Below are positions 13,915-25,876 of a stretch of 64,000 nucleotides of DNA, one piece after another (within the stretch, counting starts at the first letter, position 1; each line of letters starts with the position of its first letter). The stretch is from NCBI GenBank assembly GCA_964016885.1, contig OZ024749.1:48918001-48982000 (forward strand). Reading direction: 5' to 3'. The DNA comes from Eledone cirrhosa. Its lineage: Eukaryota. A program made the position numbers and the translations under genes. Under the pieces are notes generated by a model, which was not told the DNA's origin, searched no databases, and was given only the letters and a program-made list of their open reading frames with translations.

Positions 13915-14810
13915 GCGAGAAAGAGAGGAGTGGAATGGGCTTAAATAGAGAGAGATTTGGTATAGATAGATACAAACATACAGAAGCATTTTAGATACCC
14001 TTACACACCTTAATTTGATGTAACGGTAAGTATATAGGTGTATATATACATTCTTGTTGAGAGTTATCACTTGTGAGTTTTAAGTGGAAACATAAAGAAG
14101 ATAAGGCCAAACGTATGCTTGAGTATAATAAATATATATCTTAGGTGGTGCCGCATTTTATCTCTGAGTAATTTTAAGTGGATTCCCCGCGTAAAACTTA
14201 TTCTCTCCAGTATAAGCAAAATAAAATTCTGATTACAGGTCACATTCACTGTGGTTCATGCGTAAATTCTGTCAAGCACCACCACAACACACACATATAC
14301 CCCTATATACGCAGGAAAACATATACAAATATACACATAAAAAAACAAGCCTTTAGTTGGCAACATGAAATAAACTTCATTGAGAAACATTTCATTTTTT
14401 TCTCAAAAATCGTTCACTAAAGGAGACACACAAACATTTGCAACAAATGTGCGATTATGAGTATGAAGTTTGTTTCACAACCACAAGCTTCCAGTTTCAA
14501 CCTCGGATCGACCAATGCGTTTGCATGTGGGTATTTAGTAGAAGGAAACTACATAAGTCCCTCGTTATATATGTGTGTGTTTGTATTTTGAAAATAATGG
14601 ACTTCCTAAAGGATACCTGAATGGTTTTTGGATCTTTGTTGACATACACCACATATGTATGCTTGTTTTTGCTGATACATTATGTCCAATGTTTAGCTAT
14701 ATGAAGTTTCATCTAAGTTTCTGTGAAGTGTGCTTGTCGTATAATCAGTTTGTTTCGGTTAAATCATTATTTACCCAAATATTGCTTTCATTTATATTAA
14801 TTCCATTCGT

Positions 14811-15210
14811 CTTCTTCTTCTTCTTCTTCTTCTTTTTCTTCTTCTTCTTCTTCTTCTTCTTCTTCTTCTTCTTCTTCTTCTTCTTCTTCTTCTTCTTCTT
14901 CTTCTTCTTCTTCTTCTTCTTCTTCTTCTTCTTCTACCCTTCGACCTCCGCCTCCCACGCTTTCCTGAAAGTGTCGTGGCGACAGGGTCCTCAAACACAC
15001 CTTCCAGCGGATTATTTCGGAAGCAAACCCCTTCAACGGATCCTGTTCGATCCTAAAGCGAGACTAGCCGATATATTGTACGTCATTCAAACTTCTTGCT
15101 CGTTGGCTTCGAACTGGACCTCCTGCCAGTTGGTTTGGTCCGCAAAATCTGTGCAGCGAATGCCCCATGAAATATATCCAATGAATACATGCCGATAATA
15201 TTGGAGCTGT
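14811..15210 (-). mobile_element. RTE-clade LINE 3' remnant with (GAA)n tail
   Basis: Minus-strand peptides QLQYYRHV...QILRTKPTGRRSSSKP resemble the RTE C-terminus L.YFGHV...P.G.R..GRP. Ends in (GAA)n at 14811-14935. Confidence 0.55.
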
Positions 15211-15659
15211 AATCTCCAATTCTCATTCGATTTTTAAAATATTGTTTTTTTTTTGTTTATACACGTGTAAATGTTTACCGTCTTGATATCGAGATAACTC
15301 GCAATGCATGTTTTTGACAGTACCAATTTCTTCAATGTTATCGCCTTTTAATTCATTAAATTAAAGGGATATATCATTTTAAACAGTTATGTGTACGTTA
15401 CAGTTATTTGTCACATGTTGCATTTTTATCGCTTCTTCTAAAACGTAGTAATGTGGGTTCATTTGCTTGCCTTCCTACTTAGTACATCTATTTATTAATT
15501 TAATTTACTCTTTCCAATTACATTTTCTATTGTTAACACCTCCTGCTTTTTCATAATGTTGCTTACTTCCATTAAACCCACACACATTATTGTTTTTAAA
15601 TATGCAAGCGTAAAGAAATTCTGACCGTGTAATACACTTATGATTCAAATATTTTGATT

Positions 15660-16108
<449 letters not shown>

Positions 16109-16205
16109 ATATATATATATATATATATATATTTCATTCTCTCTATTTCACGCTCTCTCTTTCTCTCTTTCTCTAGATTGCTTTTAGCCTACATTATTAT
16201 ATGCC

Positions 16206-16391
16206 GGTGGATTGGCAGTGTCGGTAGAGGGTCGGACGCCTTGCTTTCCAGCATAGTTACGTCCCTTTACGATCTGAGTTCAAATCCCGCCGAGGTTGAC
16301 TTTGCTTTTCATCCTTACAGGGTCGATAAAATAAAATACCATTAATGCACTGTGTAATTGCTGGCCTTGTGCCTAAAGTAGAAACAATTAT
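16206..16391 (+). mobile_element. tRNA-derived SINE with Deu/Nin-like core
   Basis: A-box TGGCAGTGTCGGTAGAG, B-box GAGTTCAAATCC, core gcttttcatccttacagggtcgataaaataaaatacc. At least 8 related copies in the window. Confidence 0.85.
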
Positions 16392-16608
16392 TCTATGCCG
16401 GTCATTTATAAGTGTGTCTTTAAAATGGATGTCTATAATTCAAGGAGTCACTTCAGCTTTTTTCAGAATTCTAGCTACTTTTTGATACACGTTTCATTAG
16501 GCACCTTTTAATTAGAAATGGTGCTGGATTGTAGTGACAGCGGAAATGTTATTGATTAGATTGATGATATCCTTATGACCGTCATGACGTTATCGCAATT
16601 AGTGATAG

Positions 16609-16802
16609 ACGGCGAAATGGCAGTATTGGTAGAGCGTCAGACACCATATTTTGTAGCATAGAGTTACGGCCCTTTTCGTTCTGGGTTGAAATCCCGCCGA
16701 AGTTGGAATTACCTTTCATCCTTACGGTATCTATAATATAAAGTACCAGTAATTTACTGGTTCGATTTAATTAACTTTCCCTCCCCCAAATTTGCAGGCC
16801 TT
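16609..16802 (+). mobile_element. SINE, same family as 16206
   Basis: Similarity across head and core. Confidence 0.8.
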
Positions 16803-16877
16803 CTATTATTATTATTATTATTATTATCAATTTTCATTTTTATTCTTTATATATATATATGTTTCTATTACTTTTTT

Positions 16878-16955
16878 TCAGATCATAAAGGGGCGTAACT
16901 CTATGCTTCAAAGCATGGTGTCCGACTCTGTATCGATACTGTCAATCGATCGCCT
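16878..16955 (-). mobile_element. SINE head fragment, same family
   Basis: Reverse complement matches the tRNA-like head. Confidence 0.7.
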
Positions 16956-17143
16956 CTAATAAATAATAAATCCACCGCCTTCTGATATAAATAATAACAA
17001 TCTTTACACGCACAAAACCCACATCGTACCGTCCTGTACCGCCCTGTGCCGTTTGTAATGTTTTTTCTTGATGTCAGCCCTTGTGGCCAATAAATGAATC
17101 ATTATTATTATCATTATCATCATCATCATCATTATTATTATAA

Positions 17144-18247
17144 TTTGCATTTATCTTGCTTCATGTTCATCCGCCATGTTCAAGAAAGAACATACATACA
17201 CACACATGCATCTTTAGGTGTTTAGAATTGTGATATACTTATATTGACAGAATCTTCCTTAGTATATGGGCAGTTCCCATTAGTACTATCTTTTGTATTT
17301 CTCCTATACGCGGGTTTCCTGGGATTTGGGATAAGTAATCATTAGACCTCTTAGGTATCATTCCTAGAGCGCCTACAACCACTGGTATTGTTTTAGTTCT
17401 CAATTTCCACATTTTTCCAATTTCTATCTCCAGGTCCTTATACTTGCTCAACTTTTCAAATGTGTTTATAGATACATTCTTGTCTCCTGATGGGGCAGGT
17501 CAAAATGCTTACACATTATCCAATGTATGTATTGTGCAGCTCTGTCATGCCTGTTTAGGTATTCGCTTGGAGTTATAAGACTGCACATTGAAATTATATG
17601 ATCAATATCTCTGGTTGTTTTTTACATACACAGCATAATGTGTTGCATCCATTTTTTATTATGTTGGGTTGGTATTTTTGTGTTGGTAGACACTGATCAT
17701 GTGTTGATATAATCAGTCCTTCAGTCTCCGATTTCAGTCCAGAGGATGCCAACCACTGATGGGTTAAAGTTTTGTCAACATCAGGATTGTTAGCTCTTTC
17801 TGTGCATTTTCCATACAGAGACTTGTTTTGCCCTTTCTTAGCCAGTTTCTGTAGCAGTTCTTTCTTTGCAGTTACTTTTACCTGCTTTGTTTTTACTGTG
17901 TTTTCCATTTCAGCAGTAAATGAGACTTCTGAAATGTGTAGTCCATTACTGTATCTTTGTGCATATTTATAATGGAGTATGATCGTTTGATGCTTTCGTG
18001 TTTCAAAACGAATTTGATCATCCAATCATGTGATTCCCTTAGATATGTAGATAATCCAATTGTTGCAGTTTTCAACGCAATATCTAACTGGATTAACCCA
18101 CGTCCTCCTTCTTACCTAGGGAGATATATTCTATCTGTATCTGCCTTAGGGTGATGCATTCTGTGCATGTTTAAGAATTTTCTAATGTCTGTATCGAGCC
18201 TACGGATCTCTGTGCTTGACCAGTTGATGACATTGTAACTGTAGGTT
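17144..18247 (-). pseudogene. 5'-truncated, frameshifted Dong/R4 copy in tandem with the full-length element
   Basis: Near-identical to 18273-19588 of the full copy. Internal deletion at ~17486 removes the PD..D endonuclease segment. The 3'UTR hairpin is deleted. TTA/ATC arrays lie on both sides. Confidence 0.95.
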
Positions 18248-18272
18248 ATTATTATTATTATTATTATTATTA

Positions 18273-21200
18273 TTTATCTTGCTTTATGTTTATACGAGTT
18301 ATCACCAAGTCACAACCAGTGACCTCAAGAGACAACAAGGTCCGCCATGTTCAAGAAAGAACACACATATTCACACATGCATCCTTAGTGTTTAGACTTC
18401 TGATGTACTTATATTGACAGGATCTTCCTTAGTATATGGGCAGTTCCCATTAGTACTATCTTTTGTATTTCTCCTATACGCGGGTTTCCTGGGATTTGCG
18501 ATAAGTAGTCGTTAGACCCCTTAGGTATCATTCCCAGAGCGCCTACAACCACTGGTATTGTTTTAGTTCTCAATTTCCACATTTTTCCAATTTCTATCTC
18601 CAGGTCCTTATACTTGCTCAATTTTTCAAATGTTTTTATAGATACATTCTTGTCTATTGGAACAGACATATCAATTAGCAGGCATACCCTCCTTTGAAAG
18701 TCCTTCAATATTATATCAGGTCTATTTGCATCTATTTTTCGGTCTGTTTGGATGCTAAAGTTCCACAAGATTGAGATGTGATCTTTTTCAAGTATGGGAG
18801 GTGGTTGATGCTCCCACCAATTCTTTTGATGGGGCAGGTCAAAATGCTTACACATTATCCAATGTATGTATTGTGCAGCTCTGTTATGCCTGTTTAGGTA
18901 TTCGGTTGGAGCTATAGGACTGCACATTGAAATTATATGGTCAATGGTCTCTGGTTGTTTTTTGCATACACGGCATAATGGGCTGCACCCATTTTTTATT
19001 ATGTTGGCTTGGTAATTTTTTGTTGGCAGACACTGATCTTGTGCGGATATAATCAGTCCTTCAGTCTCCGATTTCAGTCCAGAGGATGCCAACCACTGAT
19101 GGGTTAAAGTTTTGTCAACATCAGGATTGTTAGCTCGCTCTGGGTATTTTCCATACAGAGGCTTTTCTTGCCATTTCTTAGCCAGTTTCTGTAGCAGTTC
19201 TTTCTTTGCAGTTACTTTTACCTGCTTTGCTTTTTCTGTGTTTTCCATTTCAGCAGTAAATGGGACTTCTGAAATTTGTAGTCCATTACTGTATCTTTGT
19301 GCATCTTTTGTAATGGAATATGATCTTTTGGTGCTTTCGTGTTTCAAAACGAGTTTGATCATCCAATCATGTGATTCCCTTAGATATGTGGATAATCCAA
19401 TTGTTGCAGTTTTCAACGCAATGTCTAACTGGATTAACCCACGTCCTCCTTCTTTCCTAGGGAGATATATTCTATCTATGTCTGCCTTAGGGTGATGCAT
19501 TCTGTGCATGGTTAAGAATTTTCGGATTTTTGTATCGAGCCTACGGATCTCTGTGCTTGACCAGTTGATGACATTGTAACTGTAGGTTACTACTGGTATG
19601 GCAAGCGTGTTTATGGCATCGATCCTATTCCTTGCATTCAATTCCGTTCTTAAGATTGCTCTGACTCTGCGGTAACATTCCTTCCTTATCCTTTCCCTCA
19701 TTGTCGAGTGCTTGATTCCGTCTCCTTCACAAACACCTAGATATTTGTAAGTTTGTTCTTGATCAAGCTCTCTTATCACGTTCCCCCGATCAAGATTAAT
19801 GTCTGAACTCTTCAGCAGCTTTCCTCTGGTGAACGTTGCTTTGGCGCATTTATCCAGTCCAAACTCCATTTTAATGTCATCACTGAACTGCTTCACAGTG
19901 GATAATAGCCCTTGCAATTGTTCATCATTTTTTGCGAATAGTTTCAGGTCATCCATGTAGAACAGGTGATTAATGGTTTTGTCATAGACTCTATATCCAT
20001 GTTTTGTTTCATTGAGCATTTTACTTAATGGTATAAGTGCGATGCAGAATAAAAGCGGTGATAAAGAGTCACCCTGAAAAATTCCACAATTAATGTTAAC
20101 TTCTCCAGCTTCCAGTGATTTTGTTTCACTATTCAAAAGGAGTGTCGTTCTCCATGTCCTCATACTGAATGACAAAAACCTCCTGACAACGGGGGATATT
20201 TTGAAAATCTCTAAACATTTTTCAATCCAACTGTGTGGCAAACTATCAAATGCTTTTTTATAATCTATCCAAGCAATCGATAGATTTTTGTGTCTATTAT
20301 GACAATCTTCCAGTATCATTTTGTTAACCAGAAGCTGATCCTTACAGCCATATGAGCCTCGTTTACACCCTTTCTGCTCAATGGGAAATAGGTCATTTGT
20401 TATCAGGTGGTCATATGTGTATTCAGTTAGGACTGATGTTAAAATTTTATACATTGTGGTCAAGCAGGTTATCGGTCTGTAATTTTTGGGATTGTTTGTC
20501 TCATCATTCTTCGGTAGCAGGAATGTAATGCCGTTAACTAGCCATGATGGTATCTTTTCTGGCTCCTTAACTATTTCATTGTAAAGTTGGGCCAACAGCT
20601 CATGAGACTCTGTGAAGGCATTTATCCAAAAGTTTTGTATTTTGTCTTTTCCTGGGGATTTCCATTTGCTGGTTTTTCTTAGAGCCAAGCGCAGCTGTTC
20701 AACTGTTATATTTTCCCATGTTTGTTCTTCAAGGTGAGCTGTTTCTTTCATTTGTCTGTCTATCCATGGGGCATGTATGTTATGAACTTTTTCTTCGGCC
20801 CAGATCTTTTCCCAGAATTCTTGCACTTCCTCCTTGGGTGGTATTGATTTAGCAGTTATTGTTGACTTACCAATTTTTCTGTAGAAGTTTCTTTGGTTGT
20901 TTTTGAACATATTATTGTCCTTATAGAATCTAGATCGTTTTTCAAAGCGCCTTATACGAGCAGCTTTGGCCGACACTTTTTGCTTGATTGTTTCTATCAG
21001 CATGTCTATGTCACATGTTGATCTTATACTGTACTTTTTTTTCAATTTTCTAAGTTTAGTTTGTTTAACATGTTCACCTACTTTATAGTTTGTTAAAATT
21101 TCTATGTCAGATCGGAGAAGGTTTATTTGGCGATTGATGTTATCTTGCCAAGTAGATTTCTTGTGGGAATTCCTTTGTTTTTTCATCTTCACTCCACATA

Positions 21201-22240
21201 AGTGAGTGGTGACTTTAGCCGATGCATAATAGAGATGATTTAAGTCAGTAATGTTTATTTTGTTTGTGATGATAATGTTTTTGAGAATTATGTTAGTCTT
21301 GTGTATTATCTTTTGGTTCTGTTTGGAGTTCTGGATCTTAGGGAGGGTGTCTCGGTCCCCCATGTCAGTTTCTTTCATTTTCATCCATTCGATCATAATT
21401 TCATCCTTCAAGTTGGCAAGTTCATTCTCATTCATTTCTTTATCATTTACGATCTCATTATTTTCATTTGGAGTTTCATCCTGAGCATGCACTCCCTCCA
21501 CTTTTTTGCTCCTTTCTTTAATTTGTTCTGTTGCCAGTGATTCCGCCCCAACTCTGGGATTCGAAGTGTTACAGTTTACCTCGTTTTCACTGTCACGTGC
21601 TTCATTTTCCCTTTGCTGACTTTGTGCTACTAGCTTGATCTGATCAATTTCTATATCAGTTAGTAACTTTTTTCTTACAATATTTCTTCGTATATTGGCT
21701 AGTTTGTTACTGTCAATATAGCCTCTGTTTTCGGGATGTTTCTTTTTCCAGTTGATATATGTTTGCTCTGTATTCGATGTATTTGATGGGTAGTACATGG
21801 CAGTGTAGAAAGCCTCAAGGACTTCTTTATTATCTTCCCTTGACCATTTTTCTCTCTTTTTCTTTGGATTTCTTGGTGGTGAGCATGGAGGGCCAACAGT
21901 AGGAGTATTCCGGTTATGGGAGGTCTCCAGCTCCGAAGTGATGGGAAGGTTTGAACCATTAGCTGATTTTTCGACCCCAGTCTGGTTCCTCTCTGAGGGA
22001 CGCGGCCCTTTTTTACCCGGGTGACGGCCGATCCGGTATGAGATTTCATCATTAGACATCTACTTTATTTTGTCGCGTTTTATCCTTATCCGCCAAGGGG
22101 TAATCTTTTCGTGTTACCACTTCTAGAACGAGTGTCAACCAAGACTAGAGGGGTCGTTCTCCCCTAGAGACATGGCTATTCCCCGCCGGCCGCCATCCCG
22201 GTATTTCTTGGTGACGGGGTTTTCTTTTTGTTGTTTTTTT
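18273..22240 (-). mobile_element. Apparently full-length Dong-like element in (TAA)n (5' boundary uncertain, 22240-22478)
   Basis: 3'UTR 18273-18408 with hairpin GGTCAC-TGGTT-GTGACT abuts (TTA)n at 18247-18272. Another (TTA)n array lies at 22478-22527. Confidence 0.85.
18409..22059 (-). CDS. R4/Dong-clade non-LTR retrotransposon polyprotein (RT + CCHC zinc knuckle + restriction-like endonuclease), intact 1216 aa
   Basis: RT motifs KSPGKD, NYRPITCL, QKG, DYKKAFDS, GIFQGDSLSPLLF, YMDDLK, YKYLG, GGRGL; zinc knuckle CRVC-x8-H-x4-C; RHN; RLE motifs RPDI...D...EKLSKY. Single ORF with no APE domain. Confidence 0.95.
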   Translation of the reverse strand: MSNDEISYRIGRHPGKKGPRPSERNQTGVEKSANGSNLPITSELETSHNRNTPTVGPPCSPPRNPKKKREKWSREDNKEVLEAFYTAMYYPSNTSNTEQTYINWKKKHPENRGYIDSNKLANIRRNIVRKKLLTDIEIDQIKLVAQSQQRENEARDSENEVNCNTSNPRVGAESLATEQIKERSKKVEGVHAQDETPNENNEIVNDKEMNENELANLKDEIMIEWMKMKETDMGDRDTLPKIQNSKQNQKIIHKTNIILKNIIITNKINITDLNHLYYASAKVTTHLCGVKMKKQRNSHKKSTWQDNINRQINLLRSDIEILTNYKVGEHVKQTKLRKLKKKYSIRSTCDIDMLIETIKQKVSAKAARIRRFEKRSRFYKDNNMFKNNQRNFYRKIGKSTITAKSIPPKEEVQEFWEKIWAEEKVHNIHAPWIDRQMKETAHLEEQTWENITVEQLRLALRKTSKWKSPGKDKIQNFWINAFTESHELLAQLYNEIVKEPEKIPSWLVNGITFLLPKNDETNNPKNYRPITCLTTMYKILTSVLTEYTYDHLITNDLFPIEQKGCKRGSYGCKDQLLVNKMILEDCHNRHKNLSIAWIDYKKAFDSLPHSWIEKCLEIFKISPVVRRFLSFSMRTWRTTLLLNSETKSLEAGEVNINCGIFQGDSLSPLLFCIALIPLSKMLNETKHGYRVYDKTINHLFYMDDLKLFAKNDEQLQGLLSTVKQFSDDIKMEFGLDKCAKATFTRGKLLKSSDINLDRGNVIRELDQEQTYKYLGVCEGDGIKHSTMRERIRKECYRRVRAILRTELNARNRIDAINTLAIPVVTYSYNVINWSSTEIRRLDTKIRKFLTMHRMHHPKADIDRIYLPRKEGGRGLIQLDIALKTATIGLSTYLRESHDWMIKLVLKHESTKRSYSITKDAQRYSNGLQISEVPFTAEMENTEKAKQVKVTAKKELLQKLAKKWQEKPLYGKYPERANNPDVDKTLTHQWLASSGLKSETEGLIISAQDQCLPTKNYQANIIKNGCSPLCRVCKKQPETIDHIISMCSPIAPTEYLNRHNRAAQYIHWIMCKHFDLPHQKNWWEHQPPPILEKDHISILWNFSIQTDRKIDANRPDIILKDFQRRVCLLIDMSVPIDKNVSIKTFEKLSKYKDLEIEIGKMWKLRTKTIPVVVGALGMIPKGSNDYLSQIPGNPRIGEIQKIVLMGTAHILRKILSI

Positions 22241-22475
22241 TAAATTGTTATTATCATGAGTGGTTCCTTAATGTGAGCATTGCGTGGCTTAAGAATGAAA
22301 TTATTAATAATTGTCTCCACTCCAGGGACAAGGCCAGCAATCACCCAGTGCATTACAATAATATAATATACTTTTTGTTGTAGTTGGCTGTTATTGCTGC
22401 TGGCTATGTCGGTGGTGGTGCCGGGGCTTTTTATATTGTTGGTGAGGAAGGGGTGAGCCAGCAGTCCCATAATTG

Positions 22476-22527
<52 letters not shown>

Positions 22528-22679
22528 GTTGTTGTTGTTGTTGTTGTAGTATCGTCACCATCATCACCAGGAAATAATTTGTAATAATCATGCATTACAA
22601 CATCAATGTTTAACTTGGTAAACCATTGAATTAGGTTATCCATGTTTAAAAACGAAGTACCTGCAGGAAACTTGCAGGA

Positions 22680-23320
22680 AATGATGGAGTTCAAACTTAT
22701 GTTCTTCTATCCGGCTTGAACACATTTTATCAACGTTCTTAACGAAATGATGTGTATTTTATAGGATGAGAATAAAACCACTTTTGAACATGGATGAGCT
22801 GAAAACACACTGCAGGCGATATGCAACTAGAAATATCGCTACAAAAATAAAATTTATTGAACAAAGATATTTGGTATGGAATTCAGGGCATAATGGAAAC
22901 ATCGAGTAATTGTGAAGACGGAAAGACTAATAGAAACGTAACGTTTAAATGATGTCGTTTAAAGAAAAAAAGCCAAGAAAATTAAACCAGACACATACTT
23001 TAAAATACTCAGGAATTAATTAATTAGAGCGAGTAGAGGATATAAACACGAAGGAAGAGATATTCTTCTGTATTACAAATGTAGTTTATTAAAACATAAA
23101 CCAAAGTTCAATGCAATATTAAAGGTAATGACTATTTATAAACTACTTTCCCCATTAATATCACACAGCTATAGAATTTCTCAACTGGAGGTAACTAAAT
23201 TACCAAGTCTAGACAGGAAAATGAGAAATATAAAAACAGCACTTCAAATTTGTCACCTTAAAGTCAACACATATATTCGCGAGAAAATGATTATAAGATT
23301 TGTAAGACAATAAAACCGTG
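22680..23320 (+). pseudogene. Ancient Dong/R4-like RT remnant
   Basis: Traces LLNMDELK (cf. LFYMDDLK), GMEF (cf. KMEFG) and PLISHSY...LDRKMR..ICHLK (cf. PVVTYSY...LDTKIR..MHHPK) occur in the correct order. Confidence 0.6.
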
Positions 23321-23740
23321 TAGTAATAAATATATTGAAACTAATACGAATCAACATAATTTAGGAAACATAAAGTATGAGACTCATCCCTTCAAGGTAT
23401 ATATTAAATATAAGACGGAGGCTGAATTGAAAGACAGTTGTGAGGAAAGAGGAGACTCATAACCTAGCTTAAAAATAATAAAATCTAATCTGAAAAAAAA
23501 AACAAAAAAAAAACATCTTCTATATGGTAATACTGAAAGAACATATATGTTACATTGAGCTTTTTAACCAAACAATTTACAAAGAACAACCAAGAGAGAA
23601 AAACACAAATATCAAAACAAAACAATCACCAGTAAAATATAATAAGGAATCACTAAAAATAATATTAATGTTTTCTGAATTAAGCACACAAGACCTGAAA
23701 TGATGTGGAAGATGAAATTTGATGAACTCGACACCAATGT

Positions 23741-23870
23741 GTGACTGGTACTTTATTTTATCAATCTCATTGATAGGCAAAGCTAACATAGGCGGGATTT
23801 TAACTCAGAAAGTAAATGGTCATATTACTGTGCCATGAAGCATGGAGTGCGACGTTCCACCGACACTGCC
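23741..23870 (-). mobile_element. SINE (16206 family), decayed
   Basis: Contains ctggtactttatttt...ggcgggattttaactcag. Confidence 0.7.
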
Positions 23871-23979
23871 GTATTATCATTAATTATAAACTTTATATAA
23901 TATATATATATATATACATAAAGTCCAGAAATAGCCGTCGTAACGGCGTGAGCTCTGCCGTCGGGGTCATACTGTTTCC

Positions 23980-24044
<65 letters not shown>

Positions 24045-24047
<3 letters not shown>

Positions 24048-24360
24048 ACAAAGTAACAGGAGGCATGTTCTGGTGTAAATCCTTTAAAGGTTTATGTTAC
24101 TATGTTCATTTCAATGACCGGGTTCAGTATGAATCCGGTGACATCATCAGGTAATTCAAAAAATAACGAAGGAATATATCAGATAACAATATTTTGTGTT
24201 TAAATCAGAGACGACAGGGCGGCCGGTACTTTAGCGACTTGTATCTACGTCGATCTGACAATGTCACCGGATTCATACTGAACCTGGTCATTGAAATGAT
24301 CATAGTAAAATAAGACTTTCAAGGATTTACACCAGAACATGCCTCCTGTTATCTTGTAAT
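24045..24360. mobile_element. Head-to-head inverted pair of HHR element family B
   Basis: 24045-24252 (-) and 24255-24360 (+) both match 44900-45106. Their 3' ends face outward. HHR fold at 24097-24154 (-). Confidence 0.8.
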
Positions 24361-24462
24361 AATCAACTCCATACTCGCACCACCAACTACACAAACGAAG
24401 ACGGGTGGTTGCATTACGTCGGATGCTTTCCATAACATTACATCGTGAACCGACAAACCCAA

Positions 24463-24531
<69 letters not shown>

Positions 24532-24538
<7 letters not shown>

Positions 24539-25105
24539 TAAAATAACAGATTAAAGTTTAAGCAAAGAATCGCTGCTCTCACCCTTAACGGGATCTTATG
24601 AAACTAAAAGAACTCAATCTGTGAACGCAGAAGTAAAAATTTCAAAACCGTTGCAACCGAAGGAAGACAGGAAGACGATACTTTGGTTCGTGGAAACGTT
24701 GCCTTGCAAGGAACGAAAAAAAAAACGAATATAATAACTCATTATTTGGTGCGGTGAAAACAATTACACGCAAAGACAAATCCACGTTTATGGTATAAAT
24801 GAAGTCGTAGACTAAAATTCTATTTAGGAAAACGAATGATTCTCGGCTTCAGAGTTAAGAATAAAGTAAATAAAATACAGAGGCAATCATCCTTCGGTTG
24901 TAACGCTTTTTGAAATATTTACTTCTGCGTTCAAAGATTGACTTTTTAGTGTCAGAAGATCCCGTCATGGGTGAAAGCAGCGAAATTTTGCTCAAACTTT
25001 AATCTGTTATTTTAATAAATATTCGGTCTACGGTTCTTATATATCTGATATATATTTATCCTTATCGATCCCTCTTTGGATTTTAGTCTTCAAATTTATT
25101 ATTAT

Positions 25106-25110
<5 letters not shown>
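24532..25110 (+). mobile_element. Element family C with diverged ~133-bp inverted arms, between (TA)n arrays
   Basis: 24532-24666 matches the reverse complement of 24890-25022. Decayed HHR CAGAAGA-tcccgtcatgggt-GAAAGCAGC at 24953-24981. The 3' end matches 43780-43860 (-). Confidence 0.7.
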
Positions 25111-25183
<73 letters not shown>

Positions 25184-25316
25184 GTGAGGTTTTTTTTACA
25201 TAATGAAAAATAACCTAGGTGTCCTACACGAGTGAACGTATAAAGAAAAAAAGATGATGAAATCGAAAATGCAACTCGAGTCTTATTTGAAAGAAAAAGT
25301 ATATATTTATTTGGTT

Positions 25317-25353
25317 CCTTTACCGGTTTCGCAGTTCTTCAACTTTTCAAAAG
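25317..25353 (-). ncRNA. U3:A8-type HHR fold (stem II partly decayed)
   Basis: Minus strand reads CTT-TTGAAAA-gttgaagaactgc-GAAACCGGTA-AAG. Same design as 3381-3416. Confidence 0.55.
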
Positions 25354-25513
25354 TAGAGTTGAGATGGAGGGTCTGTGATTTTTCTCTCACACTCACACAC
25401 ATACCCCCCCCCCATATATATATATATATATATATATAATACATTATGAAGAGAGAAGAAACATTAGATATAATTAGTAATAAGATATATCATACCTAAA
25501 CTGCTTCTATAGT

Positions 25514-25604
25514 CCCCGACTACGTAGTTTCGTGGCATATTATGCAAAAACACTACATCATAGAGATATAGAGTTTTTGTGAGGTCTGCCGACTTATCAA
25601 GAAA
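25514..25604 (-). ncRNA. U3:A8-type type I HHR with long stem II insert
   Basis: TTTC-TTGATAA-GT(C)GGCA...TGCCAC-GAAA; stem III palindrome ACTACGTAGT; triplet GUC; then GGGG (weak, G-U-rich stem I). Confidence 0.65.
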
Positions 25605-25821
25605 TTTCAAAACACGTCTGTGATGCACGAGATAGAATCTCGAAAAGGCGGAGGGGGAGTCAATCACGTGATACAGCGGTCAAGAAACAGAGCTAAGCCC
25701 CTTATAACCCTGAACAAAAATACCACGAACGCGGAGGGTGTATTTATATCAAAGCCGTAGATATTATATATATATAGTTATAGGAATAACCAAAGAGTGC
25801 TTAGCATTACATTATTTTATT

Positions 25822-25876
25822 AGCTAACAGTGTTTATTCCAATGTTTATTCCATCATGGCAGGAATCTTCAGAGCC
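25822..25876 (-). ncRNA. Decayed HHR fold (G12->U, local duplication)
   Basis: GGCT-CTGAAGA-TTCC...GGAA-TAAAC(attggaataaac)ACTGTT-AGCT. Confidence 0.5.

Noticed and set aside
16206-16290. tRNA gene
   Set aside because: Has A/B boxes but no cloverleaf; it is the head of a multi-copy SINE.
19112-22052. Antisense and alternate-frame ORFs overlapping the Dong ORF (also 17772 and 48061)
   Set aside because: Shadow frames with no recognisable motifs.
22183-22192. GGCCGGC (minus strand) identical to the HDV genomic P1 5' strand
   Set aside because: No matching P1 3' strand or P3/L3 in canonical order.
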